Shown: positions 1 to 11,673 of the stretch, one piece after another
Layout of the letters: each line of letters opens with the position of its first letter
How positions within the stretch are numbered: position 1 is the first letter of the stretch
NCBI GenBank assembly: GCA_035084275.1
Contig: CM068749.1
Location: 11,284,001-11,348,000, forward strand
Reading direction: 5' to 3'
DNA length: 64,000 bases
DNA from: Hydrolagus colliei
Taxonomy: Eukaryota
Made by a program: the position numbers and the translations under genes
The notes under the pieces: model-generated
The model's database searches: none
The model's input: only the letters and a program-made list of their open reading frames with translations
Told to the model about the DNA's origin: nothing

Positions 1-379
1 TCCCTGTCCAGTACTTCTCATCTGTTGACTTGTATGTCAATACCGAAGAACAGGAGTGCTGTCATGTACTTTGTTCTGCTTGGTTGAGCTGGTAAAGTGT
101 ATTTTTCCCAACTGATCTTCTCAGCAGCACCAGTGAGAAAGAGCTGTGGATGACCATAATATAGCAGTTTGAGTCTGGTAGAGACGCTATCATTTTCCCA
201 TGTAAACAACCCACCTCACTCCTAATGGGCAAATCTGATATAATCTACAAGGGTGAAAAATATAGTGTGTGAAGTGATATTTATATTGTGGGGTATTCAC
301 TCCAGGTAGTGTCCCAGTTGACTTAACAGTTGCACCAAAATTTACTTGGATTTAGAGTTTGCGCTCAGCACATCGAAGA

Positions 380-538
380 CTCAATCCAGGACTGTTTGTG
401 GGACATTGCCATGTGCAATTGGCTGCCACGTTTTGCCCACAAAATACAGTCATTACACTTCATAGTATATTCTGTGATGTGCTTTGAGACATCTCGGTGA
501 TGTGATAAGGCACAATATTAAATGCAAGGATTATTATT
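380..538 (+). mobile_element. SINE family A, 3' half
   Basis: ctgtttgtgggacattgcc...gcaattggctgccacg...aaatgcaaggattattatt. Confidence 0.8.
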
Positions 539-1088
539 CCTTTCGAATGTTTCCCCCAAAGTTTTCCAAAACTGCAAATTACATCACAGAGCACCAGTGC
601 TGTTGGTAGAATGACTGTTTGATCTGATGCAATACACCATCTGTGAAAGGGGGTGGTTGATAATTAATTTTAATACTGTCATTGGAATAATGTAATTCTT
701 GCCTCTGACTTGATATATGGTTGCATGGTGATGTTGGATATTGCAAGTTGAGACAAGTTAAATATGAATACATGTTTGAAATTGTGCTGTGCGTAATGTG
801 GATGCAGGATTATTTTTGGTCCTTGAATTGGGAAATATTTCACTGTGTACTTTCCTCCATGACCATACCATGGTAACCTTTTAAGAGTATTTTGTTTATT
901 ATGTTATGTTTATTATGTTATGAGTTTGCTGTGTGGCTTTTAGCTGATTGGACTCCAGAAGTACCTGCCAACACAATCTCTGAGGTCCCTAAATCTTGGC
1001 TCTCAACAATCTTTGCCTAATTTTCTCTGGAATTATGTAATCAGGATGCATCCCGCCATGTTCCATTTCCAGGCACAGGGAAATCTAT

Positions 1089-1275
1089 CTAATAATAATC
1101 CTTGTATTTGATATAGCGCTTTTCACATCTTATCAACATCTCAAAGTGCTTCACAGAATATACTGTAAAGTGAATTGACTGTATATTTGTGGGCGAAACG
1201 CGGCAGCCAATTGCGCTCAGCATTGTACCACAAAGAGCCGTGGATTGAAAATGACCTATTTTTATTATTGTGTTT
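1089..1275 (-). mobile_element. SINE family A, 3' half
   Basis: aataataatccttgtatttgatatagcgcttttcac...gcggcagccaattgcgc. Confidence 0.85.
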
Positions 1276-2719
1276 TTTTGGAAAGATTTTTGGGAATATA
1301 TATATATAATAGCATCAGATTCACGTTCATTCAAATTTATTTGTGTCTTTTTCCACATTTGAGAGGATAAAGTAGCTCTAACAACTTGTGAACTCACTAT
1401 AAGTAGGTAGTATACATATGGAACTCTGTCGAGTTCCTAGAGTATTAGAGGGGGAGGGAGGAGAGGAGAAGTTTTGCATAAACACTGTCAAAGTACTAAT
1501 TTGAATGCCTTCATGATAAATTGAAAAGTTATTGTTAGAGATAGGTAATATTTTTCAATCCGTTTTTTGAATGAAATGACTAGACTCATCATCCACTATC
1601 AGCAATGGGCACTGTTTTTGTTGGAAAATGAAGCTTCTTCCTGCCTGCATTCGCAATTTAGAAGTGACCAAGAAACAAATGCCTGAAGTTCACTTGTTCC
1701 AATGGGTCTGCATTCTGTCACTGTTTACAAAGGTTAGCATGATCCATTTTTGTGAGAGATTTACAATGTACCCTCATTGTATGCCAGGAAATAATGCATG
1801 TTGCCAGGCATTCAGTCACATAATCAATGCTGTTGCACAATACAGCTCTTTGCTTCCAATGGTGCAATGATACATTGAGACCAGAATGAACTAGTTAAAC
1901 TCAAAAGATGCATTGAATTAAATAAATATTTTTTTAAAATAATATGATTAATTGTTGTATCTTGTTCAGGCACAATTGCCCCCACCCCACACACACAAAC
2001 ATGTTGGACACTATTGACCCCCATCCTGTTTATTTTCTGTGGCTTCATTCCACAGCCAGTCACAGGTTATGAAATGCAGAGATTTACCAAATCCCAGCAG
2101 TGAAGTCTTGGCTGTCTTGTGCGATGATGATCTTCCACTTAGCCTAATGGCACTGCATCCTACCTCTCTTATTCCTGGTTCAGATCAAATCTTACATCCC
2201 TGTTCTAGCCATGCACAGTGTGAGCCGTCTTTCGCTTTAGAAGAAAAAAACAGGCGAGAAAAGTGAAGGTCAAAATGACCTCTAATAATGACAAAGACCA
2301 AAATGTAAGATAATAAACCATTCTGATGGGGGTAGGGGTGAAGGGAAACAAAACTATTTACCACAGTCAAAAATCAAGTCCATTTGTGTGCATTATTTTA
2401 CCAGACAGCATTGCAAACAGGAAAGCTATTTGTGCTGAAGGATGGCAAATTTATATTGCATAACATAACATAAATATTCATGGTCCTCAGGCCAACCTGT
2501 TCTCTCTTGCTGGAGTTGCTGTCTTTGACAGCCTTGACATGCCAACCTGAATCATTCGTAGAGTAGCAGATAGGAAATGACAATGTTTTTTTACTTTGAA
2601 TTCTGAAATGTACTGCTTAATGGTCTCCATTCCACCATTCACAAGGTCTTGTTGTTGTTGTTAACACAAACCTCTGCCTGCTGCTGGTAGGCTCGCCACT
2701 CTAATCTCGGCAGTCCTAT

Positions 2720-3110
2720 TTATTCAATCCTCTCCAGGCTCCATTGGCTTCCTTCCCTGTCTCTGAACAGATTGAATTCAATGTCCTTATTCGCACATAA
2801 ATCCATTCTCGCCCTAGTAACTTCCTAGCTTAGACCTGCATGTACTGCTCTCCCTTCCCTCTGTACTCAGTTAACACAGGCCAGCTGGTGTCACCCAACC
2901 CCCCACGTTACACCACCAATGGTCCTTAATCATTAGCCCCTAGTCTCTGGAACTCTCTGCCTCATATCTTTTAAATCCAATACCTTTAAATCCTGCTGAA
3001 CCTAGCTCTTCAACCATGCCCACTTTTATCCACTGTCTTCTCCATTACTCAGGATCTAATTCTGCCACTGTGAAGTATTTTGAGGTGTTATTCTGCATAA
3101 AGGGGGGTAT
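2720..3110 (+). mobile_element. L2-clade LINE 3' fragment (degenerate ORF2 end and 3' UTR)
   Basis: ctccattggcttcct (LHWLP), cagattgaattcaat (QIEF, like RIxFK) and ccctagtctctggaactctctgcct (PSLWNSLP) are typical L2 ORF2 C-terminal motifs. Confidence 0.7.
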
Positions 3111-3946
3111 GTGAGTTGCTGCTGTTGTCTCTGCTTATGGGGCTAGAGCACCAGTAGGCGACCAGTTGTAGGCATGGTTAGAATGTATTATCATCGAGCG
3201 TTCTTGGACACAAGAACTTTCTTAAAGGAGAGTGAAGATTTGGGTTTGGGTTTCCTACTTAATAAGATACACAAATTGTGTGATTCTCTGCTTTTAATAA
3301 CCAGTGCCTAAAAGTCGATCCGCCTTCAGGATCAGGCCCAACTTACTGTGCCTCTTGAAAGGAAGGTTAGTATCACGTGTAACAATGCTTTTGAATATCA
3401 TATTTGCTAAAACGACGACTGCAATCCAAGTTTCATTGATATTCAAATTGAGATCAAACGCACAGAAATTGATTATCCTAACTGAAAGTGCTACTCTTCC
3501 TGATGCCAAACACACACGCACTCAGATTCTCTGAGCTGAGGAACTGAATGTCCGCTAACTCATCTGACATTGTCCAATATTTTTGTTATAAACATTGATA
3601 TTTTACATTTCATCTCCATTTCGGGGAAACATTCTGTCTCTTTGTTGTATTTCTGGAGATAAATAGATGAACAGATCATTGAACTCCGAGATCAGAGAAG
3701 TCCATCCATGTTTCCCCCGATGGCATAATTGAGATTGATAAAACTATCACTGCAGCTATGGTGCAACTGATGAGAAACTCAAGCAAATGCTTCACAATCC
3801 ATCTTGAGTGTATAATAAAGCGAGCATTATAATCTGATTCAGCACCTCGATGTAATGGATCAAAGTCACTTTGTAAAGAATTGGGGTTAAAATACACCAA
3901 TTTCCAGATGAAATACAAAAATTGATCATGTGAATCTCCCATTAGG

Positions 3947-4145
3947 TAATAATAATCCTTACATTTGATATAGCGCTTTTCCAAGTCTTCTGGATGTCTC
4001 AAAGCACTGTAAAATATATATTTGTGCGCGAAACGTGGCAGCCAATTGTGCATTGCAGTGTCCTACAAACAGTTGGGAATTGAAATGATCAATTTTTTTT
4101 TGAGGGATTATTATTAGATGTGTTGAGTAAGGAAACTTGCCCAAG
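3947..4145 (-). mobile_element. SINE family A, headless with an internal deletion
   Basis: Same tail and body through gtaaggaaacttgcccaag. Confidence 0.85.
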
Positions 4146-7100
4146 ATATCAATACATTAACATTTGGCTTCCAGTGGTATTGTTTACATGCCTAATTGAT
4201 AGTGGGCTTGTGTAAAACAAAGCAAAGCTGAAAAAGCATTTTGCCTAGTGTAATGTAGATGGATTGTACACCCGAGATTTTGCTGCATGTGTTTTTTTTG
4301 ATCAACAATGCTGAATAAATGAATTGGTTTGTTTCACTGTTTTTTATAATCGTGCTCTGTACCTAGTTTGTGAACCTGAGAGGGAATTATTATTGCATGA
4401 CCCTTTTAGTTGGCCTTGCACCGTGGGCCAGATTTATTATTGTGCGACTTAATTAATCAGACTTGGGAACTATGACACATTTATGAGGCAGTCTTGGTGC
4501 CATTATTGTGCTTTGCAGATGCAGAACTGCATTACATGGAACATTGCAGCATGTAAATGGGCCATTTGGCTTAACAAGTCTGTGCTGGTGTTTATATTAC
4601 ACATGAGCTTCCACCACTCCTGCTCTCTTATCCTTACTATTCCCTTACCCCTCATGTATCACTAGGTTTCCCCCTAAACAATTTTGCTGGATCATGAGTA
4701 CTGTACTATATATTCTATTCAAAAAGCCATGCAATTGAGTGTTCTTTTCTAGAGTGCTGAAACCCATTTAAATTACCCATTTCTAAATTCTTGCGACGCA
4801 CACATACATACATACATATTCAAACAATTTTATAATGGACTGCAGTGATGACGCAATTCATCTCTATAGGTCCAAAAAATGATGGCCTTATTCTGTGTTT
4901 GTCATTGCAGAATGTTTTGTCCATTACAACATGATATGAAAGAATTATTTCATAATTCGGGAGTTTGATTTTAAAAATAGGCATGTTTCCTTGCACAAAA
5001 AAAACATTTTTCTTTGTATCATGGGACACAAAACAGGTTTTCTTCAGAACAATTATTTCCTCCTCTCTTACAGGCTGTCTTCATTCTTAATAACCCTTTA
5101 TCAGACTCCAAGTTACATCCTGCCCCTTTGCTACAAAACTGTTATTACCTAAGTCAAATAGCCCCAGGCATCTCAAAGCCCAAATTGTTCTTAATCCTGT
5201 TGCATTCTACTGCTGTGAACTGTGTTGTAGTCGGCTTTTAAACTTGAGTCACTGACAGGATTATTTCACCCACAGGGATAGCTGTGCGTAACAAGAAATA
5301 TTATTTTCTTTGATGCAATTATGCCTACAAATATTGGTAATCTAAGATTGCATGGTATTAACTTGCATTTAAAGTATTTTTATTTGTGACTTATCAGATG
5401 TGCCTTAAAATTACCTTGATCTGGTTGTTTTTCTCTCTCTCATTTTACCCAATGTCCATGCTGGTTTAAGCAGAAGGCAAGTATTTCCATATTTCTTTTC
5501 AAACAGAAACAAAACTTCTCTCCAGTGTTTCATCTGATTTGAACGTCTCGAACAGTTATATATTATAAATGTTTCCATTACATAAGGAGGGTGTGCACCT
5601 CCAGGGAAAGAGATACCATTCTTTTTCATGCACAGGGAAGTTCCTAATGTATACAATATACCGTACATAACTCTCAGTCTGGTTCAGATACTCTTAATCT
5701 TAAGCATAGCATGTTGCTGGGTTTCCACATGAGTGTGACACCTGGCTGGTGTATCAAAATACTCCTACCTTTCTCAACATCTGTAAGAACTTAGAAATGT
5801 AGGAAAATACTCTCTTGAATGTATGTATGACATCATTGGAGGCATTTAACAATGAGATTAATTTTGGAATATTAGGTGGTGAAGCTGATTACAAAATAAT
5901 TTTGACCCATGAAAGGCCACTACATCCAGTGAAGTTGGGAGACAGATTTCACAAGGTAATGCCCAGAAAATTACTATTAACCAAAGATGCCAAGTGTTGA
6001 ATCAATATTGGTGCCTTAAATAATTGTCTCTTCCTCTAGACTCAATCTCTGTTTACATTGTAGTATCTAAGACACTCCATCTTCTGAATTGCCTCCTGGT
6101 TTGTGGTCAGCGGAGCCTGCAGATTGCTTGCGAGGTGATTCTCCTTTGAAATTCTGGTGCCAGGAATTTGCCTCCCACACTGTGAGACAGAACCTGTGCA
6201 CTGACACCATTGCGGAAACCTTTGCAATATATTCTTATTTGCCTGATAGCATTGAAACCACATCTCTGACCTTTCGCCCCTCTGGTCAGAAACCAAGTTG
6301 GTCAAGTCTAAATCTCTGCCTAATTTTATATTCAAGTGTTGCTTATTTTTTTCTAAGACAAGTCTGCGTTTGGAAGCAGATCCTGAGGGGATGTTGGAGT
6401 TGTGAGAAATTGTGGGCTTGAGTGTTTATATTGTTGGCCCTGTTATAATGCAGGTTCTAATGTCAAACTGGTCATTGCCTGAAGTTGGCCTCTTATAAAA
6501 GGGGAGCACTGCACATTCACACTTTGTAACTCGTGATAAGCTCCTACCAACAATGATTTAATTCTGTAATGTCAGTGATATGAGCTGATGTTCCTGATAT
6601 TAAAGCAGTAGAGGTAACCGAGTGAGATAACTTGGGACCTTTCTGGCTCTGTGTCTGTTTTTGTTAGTGCCATCACTAAGAAGGGCTTGATAGATTGAGT
6701 GATCACCACATTGGATTGTATATTTCAACCCTGTACAATAAACCATGACACTTGCAGTTCGCTTCTTGCTTCAGTCTTTACTACTTGAGAAAACAATCAG
6801 GATGGATTGTTAGTCCTCTCCAGGCTGTGGTTTTCTTTCACAATCTTGTCACATACCATATTCTATCTTGCATATGTACCCTAGAGTTTTGAGTAATCTG
6901 TCTGTATAGTCAAACTCCACAGAACTTTAAGAACTAGAAGCCTCCTCTTTTCCCTCCCCTCTCCTTCCCACATTCTTGCTGTGAATAGATGAGCTCCTCT
7001 CATTTGCCATTTATACCCTATGTAGACATCTATGGATCTATATTTTGAACATCTGTCCATTTACAATGGTGTGTTGTAGTCCTATTTGTGTTGATGTGTG

Positions 7101-7734
7101 TATTCGTTGATCAAGTAATGTGTGCGACAGATAGAAAGTCTATCAGAAAATTGAAAGATCTGATATTGCTTCACTAATCCTTTTTAAAACTTATCACATT
7201 TCTCCAGTTGATCATCATATATTAGAACCCCCTAACCAGTCAAAGATTAAAGTCCAAATTATAGCCTTTATCACCACATGATCTCTCGCTTGACTTTAGA
7301 TATTATGATCAGTGTATGTGGAAGAGCCAAGTTCGTGTTTCATATTAGGTTGCCTCACTGCACTGCCTCACAGTTGATCTCAAATCTCTGAGATTCTCTT
7401 GTCTTCCAGGAATAAATAGATTTAAATAAAGGTTCTTCAGCAAAACATTCACTCCTGTACTCACAGCTCTCAGAAACTGTATCCTTCATAAAGGATGCTA
7501 TACAAACGCAAGTTTTTCTTTGTACGTATGTATGCAACACTTTCCAATGTCTCATTTTAGCCATTTAGTCAGTGCATTTAGTCAAAAAAGACCAGAGTGA
7601 GCTTGAGTTATAGTCTAACTGGAGGGTGACTGGAACGTTTGGAACAATGCACTTTTAACGGTTTGTGAGCCCAAACTTGAATGCATTATATTTGTGCAAA
7701 TCAGATTTTTAAAATGTACAGAAGACTAAAAAGA

Positions 7735-8038
7735 TATAACAATCCTTGCATTTGATATAGCGCTTTTCAAGTCTTCTAGATGTCTCAAAGCGCTTCCCAT
7801 TATATACGGTATAGTGAATTTTCTGAATATTTGTGGGTGAAATGCGGCAGCCAATTGTGCGCAGCAGTGTCCCACAAATAATCATGGATTGAAATGACCA
7901 ATTTATAATTGTCTTTTTTAAGAATGATTATCAGTCATGTGGGGTAAGGATACTTGCCCAAGGTTTTGCCCTGCCTGGAATTGAACACAGGTCTCTTGAT
8001 TGCAAGGCGAGTGCTCTAACCACTGAGCTACAGGACTC
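7735..8038 (-). mobile_element. Full-length tRNA-derived SINE, short family A (about 300 bp, L2-type tail)
   Basis: Minus-strand head gagtcctgTAGCTCAGTGGttagagc...GTTCAATTCC (Pol III A and B boxes). Tail aagcgctatatcaaatgcaaggatt is shared with many copies in the window. Confidence 0.9.
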
Positions 8039-9084
8039 AATTTCCTCTGACATTTGCACACTGAGTGTGAACACTGAGACCAGGGACAGGTGAAGACTAA
8101 AGGAAATAAAGAGACTGGAGAGATTGAGCAAATGTAGGATGAACAGTTATCATATTTCACAGTCACTAAAAAAAAATGGAAATGTGTGGGGTGGAAATTA
8201 AGATTTTGGACCAATGGTTCTTGTCTTTTAATATGTGTTTGTTTCTGTTGAAATTGAACGAGTTTAGTTATTTTTGGTCCATGGGATTGCTTATTTCCTC
8301 ATTTATGTACCACATTTATTATTTATTTACTCTTTTTTTTGTAAAATATTCCAAGCATTTTTAGTTATTTTGACTATCTCTGACATCAAGTCTTTGAGGG
8401 AGCATCTAAAGCCTAGGATCGCTGCTCCTTCCAGTTCTTTGTTGATGGACATATTCCCTGCCAAGTAATTTTAGAGTGATAAGCAGAGAAGGCATAACCT
8501 GGCATGCTGACCTGTGGTATTTGAGAGGTGATGAGCTCGCTCGTCATGCTGTAACAGCTGAGGACAGGGAACATATTTGGCTTCTACTGCACATGAGAAG
8601 TAAATCCATTCTGATCCCTAAGGATTCAAGCTTGGTTTGTATTCTTCTGCGCTGCACTTAATTAGAGGTTGTCTAACCAAACGCTTGATTATGGCTGAGT
8701 ACATCATCTTTGATGGGTTTAGCAACAAGCCCATTGTGAACCAGCTCTCCCCAGCCTCCAGCGCGAGAGTTAATAAAGAGGCTGGTTTCACTTTGTTGGA
8801 ATGCTGATAGTTTGTTTACAGCAGGTTTTCATCACAAGAGATCAGAGATGTCAGTTGCTTTTTGTTTTGTAGCAATTCTAATAATCTTGAAAGATAATTT
8901 GTTTCCCCGGATTACATACCGGTAATTGTAATTTCGTGGAATGAAATTGGAATGAAGTAAAACTGGCCAAATTGGAGGCTTGTAATTGCTATTAATACCT
9001 TGATTCAAACGCAGTCACCTCATATCGTAAAAGGTGTCGCATCCCATCCAGCTTTTCTTGTTTCGATAGAATCGATTAATGTGT

Positions 9085-9445
9085 TAGCCTGACTCAGTTG
9101 GCAACTCAGAAGGTTATGGGTTCAAACCCCATGTCATGACTTTGAACTCACAGTCCAGGCTGATGCTCCAATGCAGTTCTGCATCGTTAAAGGTGCCGAC
9201 CTTTGCATGGGACGTTAATGTGTTTGTGCAGGTGGACATTAAAGATCGCACGGCACTTCTTGAAAAAGAGAAGGAAATTTCTCCCGTGGAATGGGCCAAC
9301 AATCTCGCAAATACAATTGTTTACTCACTCCTTGACTGTGAGACACTGCCGTACTGCCTACAACTATGTGGTCACTACAAGTTAAAGAAAAGCTCTTTGA
9401 GAGGTTTTGGCGTAATAAGGCACAATATCAAATACAATGATAATT
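9085..9445 (+). mobile_element. Older tRNA-headed SINE with a Deu-like core (family B; DeuSINE/SacSINE1-like)
   Basis: Head gactcagttggc...gggttcaaacccc; core aaggtgccgaccttt...ggtggacattaaagatcgcacggcact...gaaaaagagaagg, resembling the recalled Deu domain of AmnSINE1/SacSINE1; L2-type tail. Confidence 0.7.
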
Positions 9446-11429
9446 CATATTTTCAAATCTTAACAGGTGTTCTTTACTTGAGCCACCCACTCCGCCGCTC
9501 GCTCTCCTTTTGCAAATTGTTCCTCTTGAAGCATCTAATTCCCTCGTCTTTGTACTGGATAACCCTGACAATAGAACTGAGGGGGACAAATTTTCACATT
9601 AGTTATGGATTTCAGGTTTCGGAGCAGTGCAAAATCACACACCACAGCTGTCAGGCATGTGTCCTGTTTATACCTCCTGAGGCTCTACCATTTGCCGGAG
9701 GAAGCCAGAAGTTCCAACAATGAAAGCTGCCATATCTGTGAGGACTGGCTCTAGCTCTGACTGAGCACATCATTTCTGTCTAATTAGCTGTCACTTTCAA
9801 CCCTCGTTCGTGCTTCTGTTTGTCACAGACGATGCACTGAGTTCTCGCAACAGGGGAAAGCAGGAACTCCATCAAAGAGCAGACAGTGCTAAGCAACCAA
9901 GATCATCCATCCGTGTGTCTTTTGAAATTGGATATGAAATAGTTTAGGATATTCAAGTTGGTTAAGTTAATGAAATGGTTAATGAAAAGCCAAGCTATTT
10001 TGGAATAGACAGATTTTGGAAACCAGATACTAATCAAAGAAAGCGGGGGGACTGGTGTGAGGGGACTGGAGGACGTAGGGACTGAATGAGTGCTGAATGG
10101 GTGAAGTTCAGCCACGGAGCTTCAGAGCTTTGGAGCAAAGTAATTAACAGAGTCTAGCAGTGTTTCACACTGCAGATATGGATAGCCATGTGTGATTGAG
10201 CGGAAAGGGTTTTTATTTATTACTGGCCGGGCTGGAGCGATTTTGACAGGTGAAAAGAGACCGACCCGTTTCTAGGAGGAAGCAAAAACCTGTTCCAAGG
10301 CACGCGGCTCCTTGTGCTAGGGTCACCAATGGAACCTCCCTGCAAACAGGGGCTTGCTGCTAGCCAGTTCACCGCTCGTGCTGGGGCAGATGGACAGCTT
10401 CACAGGGAACCCTCATTGTGTCGTGCTTTACTTTCCAATGTCAAGCTGCTCGTTTCTGCAAGCCCACCTGCGTCAGTCCGCGACACACAGCGAACTTTTA
10501 TTATCGTTGTCATCACAACACCGTGACCTGCACAGTGTCGTGTGGTGGTCTCGGCTGCGGCTTGCTTTCTTCAGGTCAATTTAGGGTTGTTCAATTGCTA
10601 AGCGCAGACTATCACAGCCTGAGGTCTGCTGGCACTTGCCTTACATTTCCACAGGCTGGTCTTTACCCATCAATCCAGCAGAGTTGCTGGAGACGATCTT
10701 TTGATACGCAGTTGCTGCAGCCATTATACTGCACAGATGTCTTCACTACACAGCAGTTTCCGTGTTGCAGCAGTGAAGGTGCGGCTATGAGGGAACCGGA
10801 TAGTCTTTTCGCAAGCAGAGGCTTCATGGGGGTGAAAACTGCGACGTGCAAAATGGTGACGATGACTGTACTGCCATAAACCCATAACCAAAAGGGGAAG
10901 TCAAGAACACACCTGGGATCAGAGTCCAATGTGGGGGTTGTTTAAATTGCCTAATTGCTCACTGATGTAAACGCGCAGCGAATTAATAACATTCGAGTTG
11001 GTTGCATCAATTACAGCAACAACAGAATTACACTTGTACAGCACCTTTCACGTCAGGAGGATGTTGAAATTAGTGACTAGTTCTAAGGATTGCAATAAAC
11101 AAAGCAGGTTAAGGTGCTATTTATTGCCTCGGAGCATCCAAACCCTGGCCTGGAAAGAGTTTTCTTGCTGTTTGGGTGATCGGAAACAAAACTCTTATTG
11201 AACTTTTGGATATTTGCCTATAAAACACACAGTTGCTATACTTTAAAGTTTACAATAAACCCAGTCAAGTGCCTTGAGACCGTCCTTCCCATGTGAAATA
11301 AATTTTCAAATGCAATTATTATTTGTTACTTTAGCTCTGAAGCCCAATGTTCAAATCAGAAATTGAGATGTCTCTCCTTCCTATAATGATGGCTGACAGG
11401 CTGAACTATTATGACTTGAAATAATAATA

Positions 11430-11673
11430 CAGGTACACCTCGCTTAACATTGCTTTGGTCAATGTTGTTTTGTTATTACGTTGCTGATACATGGGGGAAC
11501 ATAAATTCACTTAATGTCGCGACGTTCGCTATTATGTCGTTCACGCCGGTGGAAACAAACTACTTTGGGTACAATAGGCGTATATAAACGCTGAACATCC
11601 GGTATTCTTGCTGGGTTCGCTTAATGTCGTAGTTGCGTTCGTGAAAAGTGCGACTTTAAGCGAGGACTAAGTG
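11430..11673. mobile_element. Tc1/mariner Tigger(pogo)-like MITE remnant
   Basis: TA|caggtacacctcgcttaa ... ttaagcgaggactaagtg|TA: imperfect terminal inverted repeats with TA on both sides, internal ttcgcttaatgtcg-like subrepeats and a CpG-rich interior. Confidence 0.65.

Noticed and set aside
1-97. Open frame ending at ctg|gtaaag, a possible exon at the window edge
   Set aside because: No translation matches NOS1AP exon 2 or any protein I recognise.
7965-8038. tRNA-like sequence with A and B boxes (also 35145-35218)
   Set aside because: It is the head of a SINE, continues into the SINE body and lacks a proper acceptor stem.
9136-9723. Longest ORF in the track (195 aa)
   Set aside because: Its first half is a read-through of a Deu-like SINE; no recognisable domain.
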